From Nitrospirota bacterium (GTDB lineage Bacteria > Nitrospirota > UBA9217): a DNA stretch of 64,000 bases. The position numbers and the translations under genes are program-made. Positions 40,892 to 50,018 of this stretch are shown in pieces (the stretch's first letter is position 1; each line of letters begins with the position of its first letter). The notes under the pieces are model-generated. The model searched no databases and was not told where the DNA came from. It saw only the letters and a list, made by a program, of their open reading frames with translations. The stretch lies in NCBI GenBank assembly GCA_963663225.1, contig OY760142.1, positions 2,496,001-2,560,000 of the forward strand, in the 5' to 3' direction.

Positions 40892-41878
40892 ATGAAACGT
40901 ATCATAATGTCCTTGAAAGCTGTATCGCTCCGTTTGCTGCTTGCGTTCACACTCCTGTTCGGCGCAGTTTCTTCTGCCTGTGCAGAGGCTCCCATGAAGA
41001 AAGTCCAAACACCGGGTTTTTACCGCATGCTGCTCGGACAATTCGAAGTTACGGCCCTTTTTGACGGCTCTATTACGTTGAATGCTGAGTTGCTGAAGAA
41101 TATTCCCGATTCGGAAGTGCGGAACCTGCTCGAACGGGGATTCGTCTCCTATCCGGGAATGCCGACATCAGTGGTGGCGTTTCTGATTAATACCGGTTCA
41201 AAGCTTGTGCTGGTGGATGCGGGGACGGCCGGGGCATTGGGACCGGCACTCGGCCATCTGCCTGAAAACCTGAAAGCAGCCGGCTACAATCCGGCGCAGG
41301 TAGATGCTGTTTTGATTACCCACATGCACCGCGATCATATCGGGGGCCTTGTAGATGCCGATGGAAAGCCGGCTTTTCCGAACGCGGTTGTTTACGTCTC
41401 CAAGGCGGAAAGCGACTTCTGGTTGTCTGCTGCAATTGCAGCAAAGGCGCCGCTGAAATATCAACCATACTTTAAAATGCTCCGTGATATTGCTGCTCCT
41501 CTGGTGGCTCTTGGAAAATGGAAGGCATTTGAGGGAAGTGACCTGCAGATACCCGGCATCACTGCGATTGCCATCCCGGGTCATACGCCGGGTCATACCG
41601 CATTTGAGGTCTGCTCCGGCGGACAAACCTTTCTTATCATCGGCGATACGGTGCATAGTATGGCTGTTCAGTTTCCGAAGCCTGAGGCAGCCATTGAATT
41701 TGATGCCGATTTAAAGCAGGCGATTGCTTCCAGGCTTGCATTATTCAAAATTGCGGCTGAGTCCAAAGTTCTTGTCGGCGGTATGCATCTTCCTTTTCCC
41801 GGCATCGGACATGTGCGGAGAGAAGGGCGTGACTCTTATGCGTGGGTGCCGATCGATTTTTCTCCGTTTTTTGAATAA
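40892..41878 (+). CDS. Secreted metallo-beta-lactamase-fold hydrolase (methyl-parathion-hydrolase-like)
   Basis: Signal peptide; PGFYRMLLG, THMHRDHIGG, PGHTPGH, GMHLPFPG. Confidence 0.88.
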   Translation: MKRIIMSLKAVSLRLLLAFTLLFGAVSSACAEAPMKKVQTPGFYRMLLGQFEVTALFDGSITLNAELLKNIPDSEVRNLLERGFVSYPGMPTSVVAFLINTGSKLVLVDAGTAGALGPALGHLPENLKAAGYNPAQVDAVLITHMHRDHIGGLVDADGKPAFPNAVVYVSKAESDFWLSAAIAAKAPLKYQPYFKMLRDIAAPLVALGKWKAFEGSDLQIPGITAIAIPGHTPGHTAFEVCSGGQTFLIIGDTVHSMAVQFPKPEAAIEFDADLKQAIASRLALFKIAAESKVLVGGMHLPFPGIGHVRREGRDSYAWVPIDFSPFFE

Positions 41879-41910
41879 AATGATTATTGTGCACAGAGAG
41901 GAAACAAAAC

Positions 41911-43035
41911 ATGGCCGGTTGCAAAGAAAGTAAACGGTATCTTGCCAATTTAGCAGATGAGCGAAGCAGTGCGGCGCTCTACCGGGTCATGGCAGAGTAC
42001 GAGCAAAATGCCCAGATTGCAGAAGTTTATAGGAAACTCGCAGAAACCGAGGATACACATGCTGCGGTATGGGCTCAGAGGCTGACGAAGGCAGGAGTTG
42101 AAGTCCCGGTTTTTCGGCTCCCGATGCGTACGCGTGTTCTTATTTGGCTGATCCGTCGTTTCGGCGTCAATATGGTTCTTCCAAGCCTGTCTGCAATGGA
42201 GCAAAACGGGACGAAATCCTACAAAAGCCAACCGGATGCTCAGGACATGGTTCCGGAGGAGCAATCGCATGCGCGGCTGCTTCAGCAGATCGGAAAGACA
42301 TCCGGCATCGGCGTGGAAGGAAGCGCGTTGGCGCGCTTTGAGGGCCGCCACCGTTCCGCGGGCGGTAATGCACTACGGGCTGCCGTGCTCGGGGCAAGCG
42401 ACGGCTTGCTCTCCAATTTTAATCTTATTATGGGAGTGGCAGGAGCGGCCCTATCCAACAGCACTATTCTGCTTACCGGATTTGCAGGTCTGCTTGCCGG
42501 AGCCATATCCATGGCGCTTGGTGAATGGATATCGGTCCGGAGTTCGCAGGAATTATATGAAAACCAGATAAGCACCGAAAAGGAAGAAATTGCTGAAGCT
42601 CCTGAAGAGGAGGTCGAGGAACTGGTTTTGATTTACCAGGCCCGGGGAATGGACGGGGAAACCGCGCGTCAGATTGCCGTCAGACTTATGAGCGATCCGG
42701 ACACCGCTCTTGACGCGCTTGCGCGTGATGAACTTGGTGTTGATCCCGAAGAGCTTGGTGGATCGGCGTGGGAGGCTGCGATTACCTCATTCTTTCTTTT
42801 TGCCGCAGGCGCCATTATCCCCATTGTTCCATTTCTGTTCCTGAACGGAACAATGGCCGTTGTGACGAGTGCCGGATTAAGTGCTGCCGGGCTCTTTGTC
42901 ATCGGCGCCGCTATTACGTTATTTACCGGCAGGTCTATCCTGTATTCCGGACTGAGGCAAGTCATCTTCGGTCTCGCCGCAGCAGGGGCGGTATTCCTGA
43001 TCGGACATCTGATCGGCGTGAGTATTGCAGGATGA
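41911..43035 (+). CDS. VIT1/CCC1 family iron transporter with N-terminal ferritin/rubrerythrin-like domain
   Basis: ExxH motifs (EDTH, EQSH); LRAAVLGASDGL, SMALGEWIS. Confidence 0.9.
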   Translation: MAGCKESKRYLANLADERSSAALYRVMAEYEQNAQIAEVYRKLAETEDTHAAVWAQRLTKAGVEVPVFRLPMRTRVLIWLIRRFGVNMVLPSLSAMEQNGTKSYKSQPDAQDMVPEEQSHARLLQQIGKTSGIGVEGSALARFEGRHRSAGGNALRAAVLGASDGLLSNFNLIMGVAGAALSNSTILLTGFAGLLAGAISMALGEWISVRSSQELYENQISTEKEEIAEAPEEEVEELVLIYQARGMDGETARQIAVRLMSDPDTALDALARDELGVDPEELGGSAWEAAITSFFLFAAGAIIPIVPFLFLNGTMAVVTSAGLSAAGLFVIGAAITLFTGRSILYSGLRQVIFGLAAAGAVFLIGHLIGVSIAG

Positions 43036-43111
43036 AAAAATGAATATCCGTAATTCAGCAGATGAAAAATCCCAAAGCAGGCCACGCCTGCTTTCTTCGC
43101 GTAGCCGCTGC

Positions 43112-43534
43112 TTATAGGGACACGTACTCTTTCGGTGTAAAATTATTCGCCATTGTCCAGACGGTGGCCTTGCCGTTTTTCATCCGGTAAACAGCCAGAG
43201 GATCATACCCGGCCTTATCGATCCAAGGTTTCAGAAAATCACGCTTTTGTACGATCTCTTTTTTTAATGCCAGGTCTTCGACAAGCTCAAGCGTGCCGCT
43301 GATCCGTATCTGGATAAGTCCTTCAAACTTACCGTTGTTAAAACAAAGTTCAACCTGGGAATTCTTCGTCAATTGTTTATGCAAATCCTTCATTTTCCCC
43401 GTATGAAATATGATTCCGTTCTCGTCCGCGCGATACATCATCATTCCGCGGACACGCGGAACATTGCCCTCAACGGTCGCAAGATGGCAAAGCGGATTAT
43501 CATTCAAGAATTTCAGTACTTCCTGTTTGTTCAT
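43112..43534 (-). CDS. Pyridoxamine 5'-phosphate oxidase-like FMN-binding protein
   Basis: LATVEGNVPRVR, FHTGKMK, QIRISG. Confidence 0.85.
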   Translation of the reverse strand: MNKQEVLKFLNDNPLCHLATVEGNVPRVRGMMMYRADENGIIFHTGKMKDLHKQLTKNSQVELCFNNGKFEGLIQIRISGTLELVEDLALKKEIVQKRDFLKPWIDKAGYDPLAVYRMKNGKATVWTMANNFTPKEYVSL

Positions 43535-43565
43535 GGCAATTGCTCCCGCTAGGTTTAGAAAAAGA

Positions 43566-44774
43566 TCATATGGTATCAAGCGCCTGCTTCAAATCTGCAA
43601 GCAGATCGTCAATATCTTCCAATCCGAGCGCAATCCGTACAAGATTGTCCACAATTCCTATGTTTTGACGGAAATCCTCCGGATAGTCGAAGAATGACAT
43701 CATGGACATCTGCGTTACGAGACTTTCACTGCCGCCAAGGCTCGGTGTGATCAGAAAAAGTTCCAGTGAATCGATGAATTTTCTTGTTTTTGCATCATCT
43801 CCGCGGATCAAAAAAGTTACCATGCTGCCGAAACCCTTCATGAGCCGTACTGCAATATCGTGGTCTGGGTGGGATTTCAGACCTGGATACCACACCTTTT
43901 CTATTTTTGGGTGGGATTCGAGCATCTCCGCTACCGCCAAACCTATTTTATTGTGGTGTTCCATGCGAAGGCCGAATGTTTTCAGACCTCGTTCCAGCAA
44001 AAAACAGGTAAGCGGTCCTGGCATTGCGCCGATCATTCTCTGCATTCGGTAAAGATCGTTTAATAGCTCGTATTTGCCGAGAGCGACGCCGGCCATCAGG
44101 TCGTTATGACCTCCGTGGTACTTGGTGGCAGAATGGATTACGATATCAATGCCGAGTTCAAGCGGTTTTATATTATAGGGAGTTGCCAGTGTCGCATCGA
44201 TAATAGTCATGATCTTGTTCTTTTGAGCGACTTTGACGATTGCGGGAAGATCAAGCACGCGCAAATATGGGTTTGTCGGCGACTCCGTAAAAATGATATT
44301 GGTGTTTGGTTTTATAGCTTTTTCAATAGCTTCTGCAGTTGGGTCGACCATGGAAACCTGGATGCCGAACCTGGAAAGGGTGTTCGTGGCAAAATCACGC
44401 GTCTGGCGGTAACAATCATTCGTGAAAATGATGTGGCCGTCAGGGCGCATATAAGTCAGCAGCGTCAGGATCACGGCACTCATCCCTGTGGAGAATAGTA
44501 TGGCCCGCTCAGCGTTTTCTATTGCAGCCAGCTTGCGTTCACATGCTTGCTGGGTCGGATTGCCGTACCGGCCGTATTCGTGCTCCCGGATCACTTTGCC
44601 TTCTTTTTTCGCTTTCATGAATTCGTAAACTTTGTCCGTGCTTTCAAAATAGTAGTTTGACGTCTGGACAATAGGGGTGGAAACAGAATAGTGGGCATGA
44701 TGCATCCGGTCTTTCCCATGAACACCGAGGGTTGCCGGTTTCCAGTTTTTTGAATTCAGTGGTTTTTTAGACAT
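43566..44774 (-). CDS. metB: Cystathionine gamma-synthase (Cys/Met metabolism PLP enzyme)
   Basis: [34 protein letters not shown]. Confidence 0.85.
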   Translation of the reverse strand: MSKKPLNSKNWKPATLGVHGKDRMHHAHYSVSTPIVQTSNYYFESTDKVYEFMKAKKEGKVIREHEYGRYGNPTQQACERKLAAIENAERAILFSTGMSAVILTLLTYMRPDGHIIFTNDCYRQTRDFATNTLSRFGIQVSMVDPTAEAIEKAIKPNTNIIFTESPTNPYLRVLDLPAIVKVAQKNKIMTIIDATLATPYNIKPLELGIDIVIHSATKYHGGHNDLMAGVALGKYELLNDLYRMQRMIGAMPGPLTCFLLERGLKTFGLRMEHHNKIGLAVAEMLESHPKIEKVWYPGLKSHPDHDIAVRLMKGFGSMVTFLIRGDDAKTRKFIDSLELFLITPSLGGSESLVTQMSMMSFFDYPEDFRQNIGIVDNLVRIALGLEDIDDLLADLKQALDTI

Positions 44775-46116
44775 CAGAAGTTCTCCTCTGTTTTTTTAAC
44801 GCCTGCTGCAGGGCTTCTTTGACCGCATCAATGCGGGCAGGCACTTCGATCGGTTTATTTGCGTAACGACTTGGGAACCCCAATGTTTCCTCGTGATAAG
44901 ACACTTTGAAATCTGCGAACTTGAGACCGTGCGCCGTGGAAATGACAATCACATGTTCTGCCTTGTCTATTTTGCCTGATTTGACCAGCTTTATCAACGC
45001 CGCGAGAGCTACGCCCGTGTGCGGGCAGTTGAACATTCCCGTGGTATCTCCAAGGGCTGCGGCATCCGTCAATTCCTGCTCTGTGGCGTCCATGACAATC
45101 CCGTCAAACTGTTTCAGCGTGCGGATCGCTTTTTCGATGCTTACCGGATTACCGATCTGGATGGCGCTTGCGAGCGTTTTTTGTGCCTGCATGGGTTCGA
45201 ATGATTCGAAGTTCTTGAGATAGGAGCGGTAAAGCGGATTGGCGCGTTCCGCCTGTGCCACCACGATGCGCGGCAGTTTGGAAATCAGCCCCAGATCACG
45301 CATCATCAGCAGGCCGCTGCCGAGAGCAGACACGTTGCCCAGATTGCCGCCCGGAATGATGATGACATCCGGGACCTTCCAGTCGAACTGCTGCACGATT
45401 TCTATTCCCACGGTTTTCTGGCCTTCAATACGAAGCGAATTCATGGAATTTGCCAGATACAGTGTTTCGTCTTTTGTGATCTCCTGCACCAGTCGCATGC
45501 ATCCGTCGAAGTCAGTATCAAGGGACAGTACCAGGGAGCCATTGGCAATCGGCTGAACAAGCTGGGCAATGGATATCTTGCCCTTCGGCAGAAGCACGAT
45601 CGAGGGGATACCTGCCGCCGCGCAATAGACCGCCAGCGCGGCAGAGGTGTCGCCGGTGGATGCACAGGCCACGGCCTGGATCGGGGCTCCTTCGCTGATC
45701 ATCTGTTTAACCTGCGATACCAGAACCGTCATGCCGAGATCCTTGAATGATCCGCTGTGGGAATTGCCGCACAGTTTCACCCAGACGTTGTCGAGTCCGA
45801 CGATTTTCCCGAACCGCTCCGCCCAGAAGAGATTGGTCCCGCCTTCATACAATGAGACAATATTGTCGTCTGCTATCTGCGGAAGTATCCATTCTTTTTT
45901 GCCCCACACGCCGGAACCATAGGGCCATTGCGTGGACTTGTAACGGTCATCGAACAGCTTTTTCCATTCATCGGCGCTGCGCTTGGACAGTGCGTTCATA
46001 TCGTGCCGGACTTCCAGGAGTGAGCCGCACTTTTCGCAACGGTAGATGATTTTATTGAGCGGATACTTTGTTTTGCATTGCTGATTGATGCATTGAAACC
46101 AGGCATTATAGTGCAT
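44767..46116 (-). CDS. thrC: Threonine synthase (alternative GTG start at 46125)
   Basis: [43 protein letters not shown]. Confidence 0.95.
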   Translation of the reverse strand: MHYNAWFQCINQQCKTKYPLNKIIYRCEKCGSLLEVRHDMNALSKRSADEWKKLFDDRYKSTQWPYGSGVWGKKEWILPQIADDNIVSLYEGGTNLFWAERFGKIVGLDNVWVKLCGNSHSGSFKDLGMTVLVSQVKQMISEGAPIQAVACASTGDTSAALAVYCAAAGIPSIVLLPKGKISIAQLVQPIANGSLVLSLDTDFDGCMRLVQEITKDETLYLANSMNSLRIEGQKTVGIEIVQQFDWKVPDVIIIPGGNLGNVSALGSGLLMMRDLGLISKLPRIVVAQAERANPLYRSYLKNFESFEPMQAQKTLASAIQIGNPVSIEKAIRTLKQFDGIVMDATEQELTDAAALGDTTGMFNCPHTGVALAALIKLVKSGKIDKAEHVIVISTAHGLKFADFKVSYHEETLGFPSRYANKPIEVPARIDAVKEALQQALKKQRRTSDV

Positions 46117-46312
46117 AGTATTCACCCTCTCTGCAGCTGTTTTGAATTAGTATGGTTTTCCGCGGAAGCAGAATAGCGTGGGACCGTGATGTATGCGGAT
46201 GTCTTCTGAATTGCTTCACGCGTGGAATAATCACATGGCATAACCGCAATGTTGCTGCAGCGTTCGAATAGAATGAAATATACCACATCATCCCGATATA
46301 TGCACGCACTGA

Positions 46313-47788
46313 TTACGACACTCTCTTAAAATCTATATATCCGCGCTCCACATCCGTGCTGATAAGCTCAACCCGCAAACGGTGCCCCACATCAAGTCCT
46401 TCAAAACCGCTTGCCAACCTGCCTTCAATAGGAGGATGCAGCAAACGAACCCAGGTCCCTTTGTCTGCCGCGCCGGTGACGAAGGCGTCAAAGCGTTCTC
46501 CAATTCTATGCTCAAGCAGCAGCGCCGCAGCGGATTTTCTGACCTGGCGTTCGACTTTTTTTGCTGCATTTTCCTGTTCGGTGCAGTGCTTTACGAGGTC
46601 GTCGAGTTCGTCATGGCCGTACGGCAGCGGCGATCCAAAAAAAACAGACTTCAGAAGGCGTTGTGTAATGACGTCGGGATAACGACGGTTCGGGGCAGTG
46701 GAATGTCCATAATCCCTGACTGCAAGGCCAAAATGACCGTTTGGTTTTTCACTGGGAAGGTTGACTGCATATTCGCCAGGGCCCATAAGCTTTATGATCG
46801 AGAGGGAAAGATCCGGGAACCTTAACGGGTCCGCGTTTCTGGCCTCCATCAGGAAAGCTTCCAATGCTTGAGAGTCCGGTTGGACCGGCAGGGTACATTG
46901 CCGCTCAGCCGCCAGCTCTCTGATGCGGTCCCATCGCTTCGGTGTTTTTACCACCCGTCTGATGGAGGGTAATTTTTGGGAAGCAAGAAAACGCACGGTT
47001 ATTCCGTTTGCGGTGATCATGAAATCTTCAATAATATCTTTGGCGCGGTTTTTTTTCTCAGCCTCCACGTCCCGCAGCATGCCGTCATCGAACACAATGC
47101 GCGCTTCGATGGTCTCGAGGGTCAAAGCTCCGTGAGCGTGCCTGAGGGTTTTCAGCTGCTGCGCCGTATGGTCCTGGAGCCGGATGTTCTCCGCAAGACC
47201 GGGGATGTCAGAGACGGATTGCGGAACAGGGCCGGTGCCGTCAAGCCAGGCGGCGACGCTGTTATAGGCGAGCTTTGCTTTGTTGCGGACCAGAGCAGGG
47301 TAGACGGCAGAGTCTTTGAGGGCCCCCTCTTTGTCCAGTGTCATTTCAATGACCACTGCGAAGCGGTCTGCAGAATAATTGAGGGAGGTAAGGTCCGTTG
47401 ACAGTTTTTCAGGCAGCATGGGAAAGATTTTTGCCTCAGTGTATATTGACGTGGTATTCCTGCGTGCATGCTCGTCCAGAGCAGAGCCTTTTTTGACCAG
47501 GATGTCAACATCTGCAACGGCAACACGTATTTTCACGCTGTCAGGAGAAATCGATTCTGCAACCGTGAGTTGGTCGAGGTCGCGTGAATCGTCATTGTCT
47601 ATAGAACACCAGAGAAGAGCCCGCAAATCGCGGACGGTTCCATCTGTCTTCAGCTCAGGTGGATGAATGGCATCTAATTCTGCAAGCGCCTGCTGGGAGA
47701 AATCCGGCAGCAGCCCGCGCTCAATCATAGCGCGGCGGGCAATTCTTTGCAGCAAGGAACGGTGATGTCTGTTATTTGCATCAGTCAT
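46313..47788 (-). CDS. RNB-domain exoribonuclease (short RNase II/R-like)
   Basis: SIDNDDSRDLDQ, IEDFMI, HSTAPNRRYPD, C-terminal S1-like region. Confidence 0.9.
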   Translation of the reverse strand: MTDANNRHHRSLLQRIARRAMIERGLLPDFSQQALAELDAIHPPELKTDGTVRDLRALLWCSIDNDDSRDLDQLTVAESISPDSVKIRVAVADVDILVKKGSALDEHARRNTTSIYTEAKIFPMLPEKLSTDLTSLNYSADRFAVVIEMTLDKEGALKDSAVYPALVRNKAKLAYNSVAAWLDGTGPVPQSVSDIPGLAENIRLQDHTAQQLKTLRHAHGALTLETIEARIVFDDGMLRDVEAEKKNRAKDIIEDFMITANGITVRFLASQKLPSIRRVVKTPKRWDRIRELAAERQCTLPVQPDSQALEAFLMEARNADPLRFPDLSLSIIKLMGPGEYAVNLPSEKPNGHFGLAVRDYGHSTAPNRRYPDVITQRLLKSVFFGSPLPYGHDELDDLVKHCTEQENAAKKVERQVRKSAAALLLEHRIGERFDAFVTGAADKGTWVRLLHPPIEGRLASGFEGLDVGHRLRVELISTDVERGYIDFKRVS

Positions 47789-47812
47789 ACGGTAGCACTC
47801 CGAAAAAATTAA

Positions 47813-48727
47813 TTACGCGTGTTCCCAAGCCTGCAGGAACGTCCGTTTAGCATTGGCAATGACCAACTCACTCGTTTCATCCGGCATCGGTTTAACTTCA
47901 AAGCTGAGAATTCGCGGAGTTTCCTTGTTCAGATAGCCGATTTCGAGCAGCACCCGCAGAAACTCCGTCAGTTCGGCCACATCCGTTTCGCCGCCGGGAA
48001 ATCCGAAACGGGGATGCAGGTCGCCGTATCCCGGATTGTTTTTATCTTTAACCACGCAGTTGCCCATGTGTGCATGGATGATGTGCTCTTTGACGGTCAA
48101 AAGCGCTTCGCGAATTGATTCAAACTGAAGAGGAAAATGGCTTAAATCCACCATCAGACCAAAGTTTGCATGTTTTTTTCGCAGGCGGGCGGACAGCACG
48201 ACAGCTTCCTTATGCGGTCCGATGACGACTTTTTTATCAATTTCCCGGTCAAAGGTTTCGAGCGCAACCCGCATAGTGCCTTTTGCTGCAGCATACGAAC
48301 AGAGTTGGTCCAGTGAATCAAACAACAGCTCTGTTGCCTCGCCGCGTTTATCCGGTCCGGGATCCGCGCCGCTCAAAACGCCGATTCCCACTGCAGACAA
48401 CTCATATGCCTCGTCCACGGCGGCTTTGCAGCGATCCAACGCTTTTTGGCGCTCTTCCTGATCAAAGCTGTTCAGGTTGAGTTTGTTTCTCAGTAAGACA
48501 GGCTGTCCGCCGTATGCTACGGTCAGCTTGCCGGCTGCCAGCAATTTCCCTGCCTTCTCGCGTACCGATGAGTCCTTGATATGAGTGATTTCAACGGCAT
48601 CGAAAAATTCGTCATAAACTATTTTTTCAAGCGTTTCCAAGATTGGCCCTTCTCCCCGGATTACCTGTGGATACGCCATAAAGTGTAGCAATCCTATTTT
48701 CATATACTTCTTCCATGATTCGTTCAT
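47813..48727 (-). CDS. Sugar phosphate isomerase/epimerase (AP endonuclease 2 TIM barrel)
   Basis: LETFD, DLSH, HAH, SFEV metal-ligand pattern. Confidence 0.8.
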   Translation of the reverse strand: MNESWKKYMKIGLLHFMAYPQVIRGEGPILETLEKIVYDEFFDAVEITHIKDSSVREKAGKLLAAGKLTVAYGGQPVLLRNKLNLNSFDQEERQKALDRCKAAVDEAYELSAVGIGVLSGADPGPDKRGEATELLFDSLDQLCSYAAAKGTMRVALETFDREIDKKVVIGPHKEAVVLSARLRKKHANFGLMVDLSHFPLQFESIREALLTVKEHIIHAHMGNCVVKDKNNPGYGDLHPRFGFPGGETDVAELTEFLRVLLEIGYLNKETPRILSFEVKPMPDETSELVIANAKRTFLQAWEHA

Positions 48728-48815
48728 GAATCCTCCTGTACATATATTCGCCTCGGTTATATAGGTCGGCAGACAGGATTTGTCGGTGCAAATTGTATTA
48801 TGTTGCGGGCGTTTC

Positions 48816-49562
48816 TCAGCCGATTCTTCTCTTTACCTTCTCCCATGAATGAGTGATAAGGAAGCTTTCGTCCATATTGCCGGCCATGCGGACAAATTTG
48901 CTCATCGGCACGGCAAAGGACAGGGTGTCCTTGGGAATATACGGTCGTGCAGATATGTCCATCATGCCTAGTACAGCCCGCGGGCGGGACGATTTGTTTT
49001 CCAGATACGGATACTGGACGATGGAACCGCATCCCGCACAAAAGGGACAAATAACCCCGTTGAGTTCCGCTTCGTCATAGTTTGCCAGCGTGAACAGTCC
49101 CGAAAGGACATCAGGGGTGGCGAAGAAAATGACCACTTCCGGGTTGTCAGATTCAGTTACCTGATCTAATCGTTTAAAAACAATGTATTTTGCAGGTGCG
49201 TCGGATGTTTTGGCGTTTTTTAAAAACTCTTTAACCAGTTCGGGGCTTTTTTTATACCGTTCACCTTCCAATTTGCCGGGGATGCCGCAGGAAAGGAAAT
49301 ATTCAAAATTCGGCATTAAATCGTGTGAAAAACCGAGATATTTTTTTCCGCCGATACAGCCGATGGAGCCTGCCTCAAAACAGAGAGCAACTCCTTTTCG
49401 CACTTTCGCCAGAGCCCCGATGATACACTGGTGCGCCGTCGGTGCGGGAACATGCTCGGCGAAATCTTCCTGGTCGGTGTAATAAAAAATAAAAGGCAGC
49501 TCCGCACCGGCAAAATAGGTGTTCCATGATTTGAGAAAGAGTTCTTTCAACGTCATGTCCAT
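48816..49562 (-). CDS. DUF169 family protein
   Basis: CIGGKKYLG, PDVLSGL, PFCAGC, DISAR. Confidence 0.75.
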   Translation of the reverse strand: MDMTLKELFLKSWNTYFAGAELPFIFYYTDQEDFAEHVPAPTAHQCIIGALAKVRKGVALCFEAGSIGCIGGKKYLGFSHDLMPNFEYFLSCGIPGKLEGERYKKSPELVKEFLKNAKTSDAPAKYIVFKRLDQVTESDNPEVVIFFATPDVLSGLFTLANYDEAELNGVICPFCAGCGSIVQYPYLENKSSRPRAVLGMMDISARPYIPKDTLSFAVPMSKFVRMAGNMDESFLITHSWEKVKRRIG

Positions 49563-49700
49563 GCGCTGCCTCCCGGTGCATTTTAGACGTATAAAATTTG
49601 CAGTTTAGTATAGCTGATTTTTATCCGGAGATAAAGCACAAAAGGGTATCAGTAAGGGTATCATGGAAAGAATTGGCCTGCGGATCGGCATTTTTTCCAG

Positions 49701-49729
49701 TTGACAGGAAAATGTATAAGGCGTAAGAT
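49701..49729 (+). promoter_or_regulatory. Putative sigma70 promoter of tatA
   Basis: TTGACA-17 nt-TAAGAT. Confidence 0.6.
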
Positions 49730-49756
49730 TCGCCTTTCGCAAGGAGGGTGAAAGCA

Positions 49757-49945
49757 ATGTTTGAAGGACTGATGCAACCGATGCATTTGATTGTCATTCT
49801 GTTGATTGTGCTGATCATCTTCGGCCCGGGGAAATTGCCTGAGCTGGGTGAAGGCCTTGGGAAGAGCATTCGGGCGTTCAAAAAAGCCATTAAAGATGAT
49901 AATTCAGCCACTGCCATAGAGCACGAGGCTGATAAAAAGGCATAA
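49757..49945 (+). CDS. tatA: Twin-arginine translocase TatA/TatE
   Basis: TM helix, FGPGKLPELGEGLGKSIRAFKK; AGGAGG RBS. Confidence 0.92.
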   Translation: MFEGLMQPMHLIVILLIVLIIFGPGKLPELGEGLGKSIRAFKKAIKDDNSATAIEHEADKKA

Positions 49946-50018
49946 CCCCGTCTGACATTCCGCCTGATCCATTGTGGGTGGGATATCATCTTTCGGGGCC
50001 TCGAAGGTTCCTCCTTCC

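Noticed and set aside
46126-46312. SAM riboswitch, T-box or leader peptide upstream of thrC-metB
   Set aside because: No SAM-I or T-box consensus and no Thr/Met-rich leader recognised. An Rfam scan would be decisive.
36081-49600. Genomic island integrated at tRNA-Pro(GGG)
   Set aside because: No integrase or transposase, no duplicated tRNA 3' end noticed, and the native terminator is intact. The downstream genes are mixed but metabolic.
49946-50018. c-di-AMP riboswitch before kup
   Set aside because: The spacer is too short and lacks the ydaO-type motifs.
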